Translations under genes and position numbers: made by a program
Assembly: GCA_951406725.2 (NCBI GenBank)
Contig: OX597815.1
Coordinates: 201,748,001-201,812,000 of the forward strand
Direction: 5' to 3'
DNA from: Octopus vulgaris
Taxonomy: Eukaryota
DNA length: 64,000 nucleotides
Shown: one piece after another, positions 43,514 through 57,549 of the stretch
How positions within the stretch are numbered: position 1 is the stretch's first letter
How the letters are laid out: the number at the start of each line of letters is the position of its first letter
Notes under the pieces: model-generated
Told to the model about the DNA's origin: nothing
Seen by the model: the letters and a program-made list of their open reading frames with translations, nothing else
Databases searched by the model: none

Positions 43514-45096
43514 TCTTTGTCAGTCATTAGAGGAATATACCTTGTGAAGGTATTCTGAACCAATACGTCAGAACTAAGCTGTGAAACATAGTTTTGCTTC
43601 TGTATTCGAAAGTTCTTTAAAAAAGAAATAAATGAAAAAAATAATACAATAAAATTTAATACTTGGTTACTATTTAGTAATGCGATGATTCTGGGAGACG
43701 GAAGCGATTAATTGTCAACACTGATTATATCCAAGATACAATTATTTGTAAATATACAAAGAAAATTTATTTGGAAGGGAAGAAATGCCAGATATCAAAA
43801 TACCTTGATAAAAGGAAATTCGTATCATGAATAGAATGTATTCTCTAAAACAGACAAATGATACCAACCGTTTTCTGGCTTCGTTTAAAACAAGGATTTG
43901 GCTGCATAGAAAAGTAACAGAATTGGAATGGTGCATTCATATTGTTACAAATCTTAAGTAGACAGATTTCTTTAGCTAAAAGACTAGTAACATATCTTTA
44001 CGGAACTTATCAATGGAATTTTTTTATTCTATATTTCACCAAATCATCTGTCGCATAGCACGATTTTCAACTTCTTTAGACACAATGAATCAAAAAGTAA
44101 TGAACACAATGTGTCCTACTCATTTATATAATAGGTGATAATATATTTCACGCCGAATAACAAGATTGAGCTTAACTTGTACTGTGTTGTAGTTTGAAAA
44201 ATTACGTAGCCCCGAATTATCCCGTCATTGCTTATAGACGTAGAAGTGGGCACACACATTCATACATACATTCATACTTTTGGTGACTAACCAGACGTAT
44301 TCAAATGTCGACTTTGTTGTGAAGGACTCATCGTACCATTAGAAAATAAGACAAATATATAAAAGCTCAAAGCTAATGCATACCATAAACAATAATACGG
44401 ATGATAGCTTCTCTCAATGTGTATTAACAACCCAATATTTGGCAAACCCACATGGGGCTGACGAGGGTTTCATATTACAAAAGAGAAGATGCGCTCAATA
44501 AAAGTCATAGATATATTTATTCGGGTTTCCCATCCCATGGTTTCCGCCATATGTAATGACATCCGAAATTTCTCTCACAGAGAAATGACCAAGTTTGGCT
44601 GTGCGTAAAATTCGCTACGATGGCGCACCCTAGTACAATACTCTATTTCGTATGTCACAACTACCAAATATTTCGATTCTCACAGAGATATATGAATATG
44701 AATGTTTGTGCGTCATGTGTGCGTGTGTGTGAACATGTTTTTCAATGAGGCTGTAAGAATATGCTCTATGATATTATTTGTTCCATGAAGTCATAGCATA
44801 TACCTGAAACTATCGTAGAAAATGGGGTGACTTAAAATTTGCTTACTGACATGGAAAAATTATCCGACCCATTGTGCAACGTAAAGGAAATAGCGTCATT
44901 TGAAGAATATTAGTCACACATTCTACGAGGATGCAGCATTTCTAGATAAAATAAGTGTTGTAATTCCCTATTAGATTAAACTTGAGGCTAAGTCATTTCA
45001 TCGAGCTAAACATAAAAAAAGTAGCACTATCACTTACACATAGATTCACATACACATGCGCATGGGTTGTTTCTGTGTGACTATGGGTATGTGTTC

Positions 45097-45251
45097 AGGA
45101 GTGGCTGCGTGGTAAGAAGCTTGCCTCCCAACGACATGGTTCCGGGTTCGGTCCCACTGCGTGGCACCTTGGGCAACTGTCTTCTACTATAATCTCGGAC
45201 CGACCAAAGCCTTGTGAATACATTTGGTAGACGGAAACAGAAAGAAGCCCG
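45097..45251 (+). mobile_element. tRNA-derived SINE with a CORE-like central motif
   Basis: It has an A box tggctgcgtgg, a B box ggttcggtccc and a central gcaccttgggcaa.tgtctt motif. There are three copies in the window. Confidence 0.88.
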
Positions 45252-45268
45252 ATATATCATCATCATCG

Positions 45269-45346
<78 letters not shown>

Positions 45347-45389
45347 ATTTATAACAGAAGGCCCTGCATGAGTGAAAATATATTAGGAT

Positions 45390-45990
45390 GAGAATTTGAA
45401 AATGCAGAAGTCTTTTAAATATATTTATTGACTTGACTGGTTTCACTGGTATTTTTTCTAAATGGTTTTCAAAAGTAAAGTGTAAGGAATTGTGTAGTCT
45501 TTGTAGTATTAGAAATTTGTTAACATAGCTGTATTTAAATACAGTGATGTAGTCTTTAACAATGACAAGAAAATGGTAAGAAATAGAATCTCTGACAATG
45601 ATAAGAAAATGTGAAGAGTGGCTCTGTGTTTAAATAGTTTACACAAATGTGTTCAAATAGGGAGTAAAATAAGTTCATAATTGTTTATAAGATCATCAGA
45701 AAGTATTTGTAGAATGTATTTGATAGAAACATGCGTGTATTTCTTTGTCAAAAGTTCATCAAAAATCATAATTATTTATAAGAATTTTATGGGATGGCCA
45801 ACCTTTTTCCTTAATATCCAGTCTTGTGTGTGTGTTTCGCAAGGATGGTTGCTATTTTTAGAAATAGTGTGGCAGGTTCGTTGGGAATGTGTATGTGTGT
45901 GTGAGTGTGTTGTATTTGTCAGGGGCTCTGTGTGTGAAACCTGTTAAGTCAATAAGCATCTTTAAAAGGCCTCTGTATTTTCAAATCCTC
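45390..45990. repeat. 57-bp imperfect inverted repeat pair (45390-45446 / 45934-45990)
   Basis: gagaatttgaaaatgcagaagtcttttaaa..ttgacttgactggtttcac matches the reverse complement of the right arm, gaggatttgaaaatacagaggccttttaaa..ttgacttaacaggtttcac. Confidence 0.8.
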
Positions 45991-46084
45991 TCCCCTACAC
46001 ACACTCACACACACACACACTCGCACACGCACAAACACACACGCATAAACACGCATATATATGTATTTGTGTGTCTGAGTTTCT

Positions 46085-46220
46085 CCCCTCCCCACCAACT
46101 GAAAACCGATGCTGGTGTGTTTACATCCCTGTGGCCTAGCGGTTCGGCAAAAGAAAACGATAGAATAAGTACTAGGCTTACAAAGTATGAGTCCTCAAGT
46201 CGAGATGTTCGGCTAAAGTC
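46085..46220 (+). mobile_element. SINE-like fragment
   Basis: The segment cgatagaataagtactagg resembles the central motif cgataaattaagtactag of the SINE at 62847. Confidence 0.45.
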
Positions 46221-46234
46221 ATTGAAACAAGTAA

Positions 46235-46293
<59 letters not shown>

Positions 46294-46349
46294 TATGTAT
46301 ATATAGACAAACAGAGAGATTGTTAGAAACAGACAAACAGACAGATAGT

Positions 46350-46384
<35 letters not shown>

Positions 46385-46482
46385 GCTCATATTTGTATCT
46401 ATGTTTATATATACTTATATCTGTAAATGTAGATAGAGAGGTAGTTATGTAGGTAGGCCGGTATGCAGATAGATAGAATGAG

Positions 46483-46527
<45 letters not shown>

Positions 46528-47556
46528 TGAGAAAGAGAGAGAGAGAGATATGGGCATGCATGCATATATGTATGTACATATATTGGCAGTTCAATGGAAG
46601 TAGTTATCCACTGATGGATGAATACGATTAGGTAGCTTCTGAAATGTATTTCACTGAAATTATTCAGCACATTTGTGTAAAATAAATAAGTATTGATTTA
46701 TTTGGAAACGAGACCACAATTTCATATAACATTGCAATTAAGTATGTGACTTTCATTGACTAAGCAACAAACAATATTCCCAGTAGGTAGCTGTCATCAG
46801 ATAAGAAATGAAAGAAATTTTAAGTTGCTTATAAATATTGAAAACCTTAATGAGTGATTTGCGATTATTAACTCCCAATGCAAAAAGTAGATTGCCAAAA
46901 AGTCAAAAGATTATTATTTAGAGCTAAATTAAGAGCTGATTGTGCTATCCTACATGGAATTGCATATGTTTTTCTATAGTTATTTTGATTTCTCACCGGG
47001 GAAACAAGGAAAGAAACAGTATTTCAACTTTATCATTTGTAATTATACAGCGAATGATTGTACTATTGTTTGTGTTGTTTGTTTTATTGTTATTACTATT
47101 ATTATTATTACAAATACTATTTGTTCTACTTTCAATCCAACTTCAGTTATTTCTATAGTGGTTTAACAAAAGACTGCTGTAGCTAGGGATTAGACAATAA
47201 AGTCATGCGATTAGGAAAAACAATTAATAAATATCTATTGTGCGAAAATTATGCTTACGTAGACTATACAGTTTTATGATAGAAAAAAAATTGCGTTTGA
47301 AAACTCAAAAGATTATCAGCAAACAATGGCAGATATATTATAAGATATTCATTAGGTAGGTCCTATTTTTTTAAAGTTCCTGTTTCAGCAGACAATAACA
47401 GCTTTTCAAGTCAGAACGCCAATGAGAGCGCTAAAGATATACAATCATACATGTGTACTCAAACTTTAAATCACAAATACGTTACGCACATCCATATACA
47501 CAGATTTATATATGCAAATATATACATACAGACACACACACACACACACACACACA

Positions 47557-47608
<52 letters not shown>

Positions 47609-49379
47609 TACACACAGAGACAAACATATATATATATATATATGCATATATAGAGAGAGACAAACCCACATACAGACAGGAAGACTGAGAGAGAGGGGGA
47701 GGGACGGGGTTTATAGATAGAGTGAGAGAGAAAAATGATAAATTTCAATATAGTATTTCTTTTATTGTTAAGTTTTTTTTTCAATGCCTGACTTTTAATA
47801 TATGTGGCAATATACCTACTTATACTACAAGCAGAATTTTTTTTTCATTTAGTGTTAATTTTTCCAAATTATAGTTTGGAAATTCTAATTAAGAAAATTA
47901 GGAATTATTTTTAAGTAACTCAACGCGAGAGGAATTTGTTTTAATCTTGTATCCCTTTAGAATTTCTGTAAATGCATACATATTTGTGTGTTGATTGCCC
48001 CTGCAGTTGGTTGTTCCTTTGGCATTAATTAACACAATTACGAAATTTCTCTTTTCATTATTCTCTAATCTGTCTTGAAACATATTTAGCATTTGTTTTT
48101 ACTTTGCAAATATAGCATGAGCCACTGGTGTTAACATCTCTATGTATTCTTCCTAAATTAAAACTGAGTAACTTTGATGTATGTCACATTAACGTCCCCC
48201 TTACTTACATAAAGTTGCCAACTGGTTTTAATAATTATAGATATGAAATTTCGTTGTCTGTAACTGCTTGCCAATGCAGGACTTAATAAAGCAACGTGAA
48301 TACATCTATCTGCATACTGTATGCTTTACATGTATTGTAATGTGTTGTGTAAAGGAAATGTACGAAATCCTATCAAATGGACTCTACTTCGAATTCAAAG
48401 AATCAGAGGTTTTGCTTTTTGAATTGTGTAACAATATTACATACTTAAGTGTAAAAATGTTTGTGCTATACCTAGTCTCTGACTGAAGCAAATCACAAAA
48501 TACAGCCTTCGACTATTAAGTTATGTTACATGCTTTAACTAATAATATGTTAACCTAACCTCACTGTAATAACCAAGATATATACTCGCACAACACAGTT
48601 GATTGAAAATACATGTACTACAACACGAAATCCTAAAATATATTTCTCAATGCCTATTTTGTTTTCTTCTAATGATTCTCCAGCAATTTCCACTTACTAC
48701 ATATTAAAATTACATATTCTGTATTAGCATCTCATTGTCTTCTGAGGGACAGTAGCTCAATCTCTCTCACATTACGTTATGTGTTACCTTGAATGAAAGC
48801 AAGAACATTTGAAATCCTCATGGTGTACATTTATACGGGATGGTAAGAATTGGAACGTCTTTGATCATATGCCCAATGTGACTCGATCTGCAGTTAAGCT
48901 GTAGTACTTGTGACTTCTTACATTGCAACATGAAGACACAAGGCCTTTACTATTCGCGTGTTACTTCCCACTGAATAAAATACCTGCATTTATCATTTAC
49001 TGCAGCTTTCTGACATTATTATGCATACTTAGCATCATTACATTTTCTCATTTGTATAATTATATTTTCTATCGATTTCTTTTCATATCGTTTTTCTTTT
49101 GCGAACACTACCAAATCCTTGTATATTTAATTTTAATTTTTTCAGCTCTCAATGTATGAGTTTGTGTGTTAGTGCATTTAGACTTATTAGTCATCATACA
49201 ATTTATTGTGAAAGTTTACATGCATTTTCTTTGTACATTAATAGAAAATTATAAATATATTAAACATTCTAGCTTGCATTAGCTTTTATAATATACTTAA
49301 CTATTGATTTAATCAAATAACCTCAGAAATTTTGCTTCTCTCAGCAGGATATATCAACCAACGTTTTGATATTGTTTTC

Positions 49380-49550
49380 GAATTTTGGCAGAAGGGTGAC
49401 AATTTCGGGTGAGGGTTAAGTTGATTACACAAAACCCAGTTTTTAACTGGTATTTGTTTTATTGACCTTGAAAGGATGAACGTGAAGATGGAAGAAATAC
49501 CGCTAAGCATTTTATCCGTGGTTTTAATGATTCTGCAGAGCTCACTGCCC
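49380..49550 (-). mobile_element. Old internally deleted copy of the SINE family at 62847-63077
   Basis: The minus strand reads ggcagtgagctctgcagaatc..aaaatgcttagcggtatttc..ttcatcctttcaaggtcaataaa..taccag. Confidence 0.65.
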
Positions 49551-52026
49551 TCAAAACAAATGTGTAATTTTATTTATGCTTCTAAGAAATCTGAAACTTC
49601 ATTTTTTATTCTATACCATGAAAAAATGCTTTGTAGCAACATAGTATATTGTAATCACATGTGATACATGTAAAGCAGAAAAGAAATCAGATTTACTATT
49701 TGGTACAATAGAATGAATACTTTATTTTTTAACTAAATATGTTTCAAGGAAATCTATTGCCAAGTGAGTAATGTATTTTAGGCCACAAAAGATCTGTACA
49801 AATATACAAAGTAGGGAAATGTATACGTCAATATCACGAAGCTCAACGAAAGATCGATATCTATTTGAACGTCACACCAATGTAATATAGTCGAAGAAAT
49901 CATAATCGTTACCTACGGGCCGATCATAAATTATCCCCAGGTTTTAAAACGAATTTATATCTGCTACTGGTGAATACAGCATATCAAGACATAGGGAGGA
50001 AATAATCAACTTCGATAAATTTGTTTTCTAAGCATGATGACACACCCTGTAACTGCCATTCACAAATCACTTTTAATTCACAAACTAATGTTTCAAGAAA
50101 ACGGAGTGCATAGTAGATAATATAATCTTGGATAGAGAATTTCTGAATTCACGACGGGATGGTCGTGATTAGATGATATTTTGTCTTACAACATTCAAAG
50201 CGAGTGGATAGAATTGGTCTACGGAAGAAACATAACATCTACTAGTCATATTTTCATTTCATGTTTATATGGTATCCATTCAGAATATGATGTGAAATAT
50301 TACTATAACGTTCTGCATATGGCTGCCGAGCAAGTGTGCTCGTGCGTCTGTGTTTGCTTGTTTGTATTATTCATATGTATGTTTGTGTGTGCTTGTGTGT
50401 AGAAACATAGGTAGGTAAAAAAAGGAAATTAATTCTGAGCATGAATTATCCATTAATATATCAACATTTTTAATGAATTGAAATCTCATTCTCATATACC
50501 TGGTTTTACATGACATCATACAAATGATTAGAAATTTTTTGTCATTGAGAACCGAGTACAGAGGGACAATAATGAACAATATTTTAGGCAATGAATGGTG
50601 CAATCTAACATTGGTTATAATGCAACCAGATGTTGATCCTATACAATATTATGAACTGCATCTCAGGACACGAGTGCTGAAACACATGATGGCATAATGC
50701 ATATACCACGTTGCAATAATTCATATATAGGAAAATATTTCATTTCGTATTCCCCATAGGATGTTTCGCAGTGCGCTAAACGGAGTGATACATTGTAAGA
50801 AGTAGCATTAGCTACTGTTGCATCAGAAAAATTATTGTATAACGTTAATAATGATTGCGCAAAAATCGACTTTGAGACGTATAAGGATCAGTGAGGAATC
50901 ATTACGCATTCCATGTAAGCCGATATAAACGGGAAAGGGTGGGGAACAAAAGTTGGGGAAGACGAAGTGAAGTGGAAGTAAATGAATTAAGGATTAACAA
51001 TAGCATGTATATATGCATACTACAATAGCGATTACAGTGCACGAAGACCAAGCAAGGAATATCGGTGCCGAAGAACTAAAGCTGTGTATTATGCAAACGT
51101 TACACATAATCGTGTATATTTGTATGTTAGTGTTATGTGTCTGTGAGTGTACGTATATTTACATTAATCCATACGAATAAAGGAAAAATAATTTTCTCAT
51201 CTAAGCACTGTGTTTTTCGTTCTATGGGATTGAACATATCAGTCGATAATTTTTGTCCAGTTTCTTCTGTAAATAATGTATGTTTACTTTTAATTGCTTT
51301 TAGCTAAGATATGGAAATATTTGCAGTATGCAGGGGAAATTTTACAATACTTTGTTTGGTATACAGCAAATAATCAAAACATGTTTCAAACAGTAATATA
51401 ATTATATCAACAGAAACAAACATGAAAAGAAAACCGCCATGCATTTTTTTTTTATAAATATTGTAATTCCGCAATGCATTAGGGAAAATGTAATTATTTT
51501 AAATTCTGTTGCAAGAAAAAAAAATTATATTAACGCTCTTTAGAACATGCGGTCAAATAATTCGCCAACGGAACAGATATTGATTTTCTACTCGTGAATG
51601 GGTTTTGTAAAGCATGTCCCCTTATAATAACGCCCAAACAATGAATTTCGCATAATAAGCGTATGCAATTTGTTTCTAGAAAAACTCACATCTCCACCTA
51701 CAATATAAATAAGAAATAATATTTCTTGTATCCTTAAAAAACAATCATCAGATACACATGTTCACTCATAATTATATGTATTGTATATATCATATAAACT
51801 ATATACAAAATCTCGTATACTAGTAATATTAATACCATGGCTAAACTTCGTTTCTGTGTCAATTTTGTTTCACTCATTTCATTATGTATCTATTTCTGCA
51901 TATTCGTCTCATTCATTATATATGTGTGCGTGGTGTATGTGTGTGTGTGTGTGTACGTGTGTGTGTATGAAAATGCATGATTGTGTAAGTATAGGTGCAT
52001 GCGTGAGTATCCACACACAGTTATAT

Positions 52027-52085
<59 letters not shown>

Positions 52086-52086
52086 T

Positions 52087-53135
52087 AAAACCTACTTGGA
52101 AAAGGATGCGTCGCGTTCGATCATATAATAAATAATATATAAATATATGCATATAAACATACATATTTAGGTGTATATACATGCATATATGGGTGATGAG
52201 GGGAAAGTTCTTTATGTTGCATGTCTCGTTTCTCTGCTTTTTTTTCGTTGTTCGAAAAATGTTCGTTTTCTGTTTTTGTGTTTTTATGTTCTCGTTTCTC
52301 ATTCTGTCAAGTATTTTAGATGCCCTGTACCCATATATGTAATTATACATATATCTATATATGCATGTATATATGCATATATTTATATATTATTTATTAT
52401 ATGATCGAAAACCACGCATCCTTTTCCAAGTAAGCCTTATCTTAATAATTATAATGAGCACACTTGTTCTATCTCTTTTTTTGTCTATCTATCTCCCCCT
52501 CTTGTTCATCCTTTCTGTTTTTCTCTCCCATTCTTTCCCTATTCTTCTCCTCTCCGCTTTAGTGTTCCTGCTTGCTTTCTCTCACTCTTCTTCCTTGACT
52601 CTCCTGTTGCTCACACGTGACTAACGACCATTCTTTCTTCCTTCCACTTCCTTCCTAAAGACAAAACGTGCTTTTATCTGTCTCTTCTCAAAGCTCATTT
52701 TCCCAGCATTCTGCACTTCACATCATCTTGGCTTAACAGCCCTCACCGTTTGTTTTTACTGTTTTGTTCTCACTGTTCTGTTTTTGTTGCCAATTTCCCC
52801 TTCCGCAAAAAATCCCAAATTTTATTAAATTTGCTTTGCGGGAAGGACTGTTTTAACGAAGTTGCGTCATGTCCTTGCTTTCCAAACGTGGAGTATATAA
52901 AACAGGGAACAACTGACGAAGGCAATGTTCTTTGTGTTGCATGTCTCGTTTCTCTCTTTGTTTGTTTTCTTTTCCTTGTTCATAGAATTTTCGTTATCTC
53001 CGTTTTTGTATTTAATATTCTCGTTTCTCATTCTGTCTCGCTTTTTGATGTCCTGTACCCATACATGCATGTATATATATGTATGTATATATGTATATAT
53101 GTATATATTTATATATCATTTATTATATATTTATA
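52087..53135 (+). mobile_element. Non-autonomous PLE-like remnant with a partial tandem terminal repeat and an inverted 5' segment
   Basis: It has a direct repeat (~52190-52400 / 52912-53130) and an inverted repeat (52093-52153 / 52372-52432). KLIF..FCTSHHLGL at ~52690 resembles a GIY-YIG C-terminus (KLIF.LGT..P.GLN). Confidence 0.6.
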
Positions 53136-53145
53136 ATAAATAGAT

Positions 53146-53349
53146 GATAGATCGTTAGCTCCTACACGAATTTTTTTCTCTCCTTGTTTCTCTCCTTGTT
53201 TTTTTCTCTGTATCTTTCTGTCGAAGAGCGTAGGCTCGAGACGTAAAATACTTTTTTCTATTTCTATTCCTAAGCGCTATACTAATACATTTGTTTGTTT
53301 GTACTCCACCTGCCTTCGTCTTATGTTTATTTTCGTAAACCTTCCCGTT

Positions 53350-53350
<1 letters not shown>
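53146..53350 (+). mobile_element. Solo PLE terminal repeat with a hammerhead motif (53213-53250; GAAA mutated to GAGA)
   Basis: Near-identical reverse complement of 33923-34110. The motif is UCUUU-CUGUCGA-A-GAGC-GUAG-GCUC-GAGAC-GUA-AAAUA. Confidence 0.8.
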
Positions 53351-53419
<69 letters not shown>

Positions 53420-54035
53420 CATATGCGTAATCTATATACTTCGTGTACTTTCCGGTGGCTGCAATAGCGTGGGAGAGTATATACTGTCTCAAGTCGTCGG
53501 CTATTAAATCACTTCAGAGTCATGTACATGGGATGGAGTGATGGACACAAGGTCTTTCGCCCGTTTTGGGGCTTGTCAATATCACGTACCTAACAAAGTT
53601 GTAGGCAAGTCACCTAGCCTGTCCAATACTTATAAGACTTGCAAAACCATGTGCTGTCTTGAGAGCTGCTTCTATTTCATATATTAGTTTTCCATTTACA
53701 AATTCCATCTTCTTCACACCTGCTTAGTTATCATGTAGTATTATAAATATATAACACTACATGTTCACCCATGATTATATGTATTGTATACAATATATAT
53801 ATATTATATACAATATATATACAAAATCTCGTATAGTATCGTGGTGATGCATTATACATATTTTAATGTAATGCCACGCGCGTTTTTGCAAATTTCATGT
53901 TCCTTAAATGCAGATCGTGGTTTGAATTTTGGAGATGATTACAGTATTGGTCCGTAGCACCCATGGATACTTGTGTCCCGTAAGCAAATTTAAAGGATAT
54001 ATGTGTGTGTGTGTGTGTGTGTATCTGCATGTATT

Positions 54036-54080
<45 letters not shown>

Positions 54081-54152
54081 GTATATATATACATATGTAT
54101 GTATATACTTATATGTATGTATTTATATAAATATATATATCTAAGCAGTGTG

Positions 54153-54192
<40 letters not shown>

Positions 54193-55075
54193 TCACTCGT
54201 CTTACTTGGTCTTTCCAATTTTGCCGCTAGTACAAAACTGAAACAATTTTCATCCATCATTTGTAATTCGATGCTAGTGATAATGATTTTACCAGTAATT
54301 GCCCAACTGCTAATTAACCTCCTTCTTCCCTCCATCTATTTACCTATCTATTTTTCTGATCCATTCTTTCTTTTTCTTTCCATTCACCATTTTGTCTTTG
54401 ACTTCATCATATTCACGTCCTCTCTTTCCTTCCTCTACTCCTTTGTTTCTTCTTTTTCCCTTTTTTCCTCCTTCTTCTCTTTTCCTCCTTCATCTCCATC
54501 ATTATCGTCTTCAATGTCTTCTATCATTCACTATATAATTCCTCCTCATCCCATAAATGTACTTTTATTTATACTTTTTATTTACTTTCTATTAACTTTT
54601 TGTTTTCTCTCGATGTAAACAGAACACAAAAGTCTGGCTGGCGCCCAATATAAAAGAGAACTTTCAATGCAGGTCTGAAGAAATACCAATCAAATAATCT
54701 AAAACCGCAAATATTACGTAAATTTTGAACTGTTGTATGATCTGGTCATGAAAGCAGAGTTGGTACAGTAACTGACCATTAAATATGAGCTAAAGTTTGG
54801 CTTAGTTTTATTTGGATGTTTATACTTTTATACCTTTAAGCAAACATTTATACTTATAGGTATGCTCACATGCACACACTTACATACGATGGAGTAGCAT
54901 ACATGTTCTTTTTTCGAAGGTGATCCTTGTAGCATTTATAACAGTGGTTATGGACTTTATTTTACAACTAACTACATCTATAGAAAACTATATTTGATTC
55001 TACTTACTTAGACTGATATTTGCGTTTAGCTTCTATTGACATATTTGCTTAAGTTTTTATTGTAAGTTTTTATTA

Positions 55076-55229
55076 TAACATATGTTATCTTAGGTAAGGG
55101 TGAACGTATATCTCTCTTGTTACTTGTCCAATGAAACTAAAGACATTACGTCCATAATTCAGTATAGAAATGAGGATGTTTATATATTTGCTTTGAAATA
55201 TACTTCGTATTCCATCATAATATCTATAA
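55076..55229 (+). repeat. 154-bp direct repeat, copy 1 (copy 2 at 57299-57452)
   Basis: Ungapped alignment with only a few substitutions. Confidence 0.9.
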
Positions 55230-55784
55230 TTATGAGTGAACATGTGTATTTGATGATTGTTTTTTAAGGATACAAGAAATATTATTTCTTATTTATATTG
55301 TAGGTGGAGATGTGAGTTTTTCTGGAAACAAATTGCATACGCTTATTATGCGAAAAAGCAGTTGTGCAATTACTGGTAAACCACACAACGGTTTTACAAT
55401 CACGAGGGCAGGATTCTCCCTCCCGGAAAAAATTCTCTATTAGTCTGCAATCCAACAGCGTTGATATCACAGACGTCAGGTATATATACTACAGTGTAGA
55501 TGATGATAATTTTTATATCAAAAGATTTATGATACACTTGAGTATCTCATGTTCGCATTTATTTCCCATGAAAATGAAGCCATATATTTTGCTACATATA
55601 TTTCTATATCTGTGTGTGGTCTCTCATGTGTATGTGAGTGTATGTGTGTGCGCGTGCATGCATGTGTGTGTGCATGTGAGCATACATATAAGTATAGATG
55701 TGTATTTAAAGGTATAATACAATAATTATTTTTCTATAAAAATATTTCTGTTCAATTTCATGTAGCTTCTCCAAGTCTGTTTCT

Positions 55785-56082
55785 TCTCACTCCGTCGGTT
55801 ACGACGACGAGGGTTCCGGTTGATCCGAATCAACGGAACAGCCTGCGTGTGAAATGAACGTGTAAGTGGCTGAGCACTCCACAGACATGTGTACCCTTAA
55901 CGTAGTTATCGGGGATATTCAGCGTGACACAGAGAGTGACAAGGCCGGCCCTTTGAAATACAGGTACAGCAGAAACAGAAAGTAAGTGTGAGAGAAAATT
56001 GTGGAGAAAGAGTACACAAGGGATCACCACCATCCCCTGCCGGAGCCTCGTGGAGATTTAGGTGTTTTCGCTCAATAAACAA
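55785..56082 (-). mobile_element. 5'-truncated SINE sharing its body with 28427-28720 but with a different tail
   Basis: The minus strand has gtttattgagcgaaaacacctaaa..gctccggcagggg, then a distinct tail ending gtcgtcgtaaccgacggag. Confidence 0.8.
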
Positions 56083-57065
56083 GCTTCTCCAAGTACAAAA
56101 TGGCCAGAACGAAAGCAACCAAATGCTTTTAACTGGATGCCCCATTAATGCAGATTTAATAAAATTATATAATATACATCGCTCTGATAATATGGGAAAT
56201 TGCTTGAGAGCGTTGTCTGGAACTTAAAATATTGTGGGTATAAAATAGACACTTTACATCTCTAATAAAGTGATATCAATTGAATTCTAGTGGAGAATAG
56301 AGGTACCCTTTATATGTTTAAACACTAGTAAAACTATAAACGCTGTTGTGTAATCACAAAGTTACATTAATCTAATAACTTTAGTTTGTGTTTATATTCT
56401 GTAGTATTTACTGAGTTGTGAAATATCACATCACTTATCTTGTAAATTCTAACCGCTTTTCTTTTCTATGATTGTTATTTCATTAAGATATCTATTGAAC
56501 CTATCGCACTGTATTTCCAAATTCTGTGTGTTTGCAGTCATAGAAGTAATTACTTCATGCAATGCCCTACGCATACAACCGGAACCAGTTTGTCTATTCT
56601 TCGATGAACTGTCGACTCGTGTTTGATGTAGACATGGCAGAATATGTGCCGGTAATTAAAGCAATGCATCACTTACCAAGTCAAACTGTATGAACGCAAT
56701 CAGATATCTATCAGATTTCTATGAATTGTCAAAGCGAATACGTGCATAAACGTATCTGCAATGTCGCTCTGGTTTTCTTAAGTTTTGCCAAATGCTGCTT
56801 CATCTAATTAGTGATTATACATGAGCCGGTAAACGTGCTTCCAACAGATTTGATCTGTTATCTATCAAAATTCTAATCAGTGCAATAGGATTTCGACAAT
56901 AGATAATATACTCCGCTTCGCCATGCATATCACAATATGCCAGTCTTTAACAAATGTGCATTTTTCATGCGAAACATTTTCTTGTAGTATTGATTTGCTT
57001 CTCAGTTCTCAATTTACTCTCAGGTAATAGGGTGTATGATCTTAATTAATTGTTGTGATTGAGCC

Positions 57066-57150
<85 letters not shown>

Positions 57151-57298
57151 GAGAGAGAGTGAGAGAGAGATCATTACGTAGCGTAAATGTACATATGTAC
57201 CACGTTATGTTTTATAAAAAGGGACTGCCTGTAGAGCGAGAGAAATGGAAATCAGTCAATGTAAGATACTCTACAACCGCTGTCAGAAGTATTTTTCT

Positions 57299-57452
57299 TA
57301 ACATATGTTATCTTAGGTAAGGGTGAACGTATATCTCTCTTGCTACTTGTCCAATGAAACTAAAGACATTATGTCCATAATTCATTATAGAAATGAGTAT
57401 GTTTATATATTTGCTTTGAAATATACTTCGCATTCCATCATAACATCTATAA
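57299..57452 (+). repeat. 154-bp direct repeat, copy 2
   Basis: Matches 55076-55229. Confidence 0.9.
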
Positions 57453-57549
57453 AGTGTTTTTTGCGATTTTCATGAGTGATTTGACTTTGATTTTAAATAG
57501 CGGAGACAATAGTAACAATTGGTAATCATGTCATGTTCTCACCAATGAA

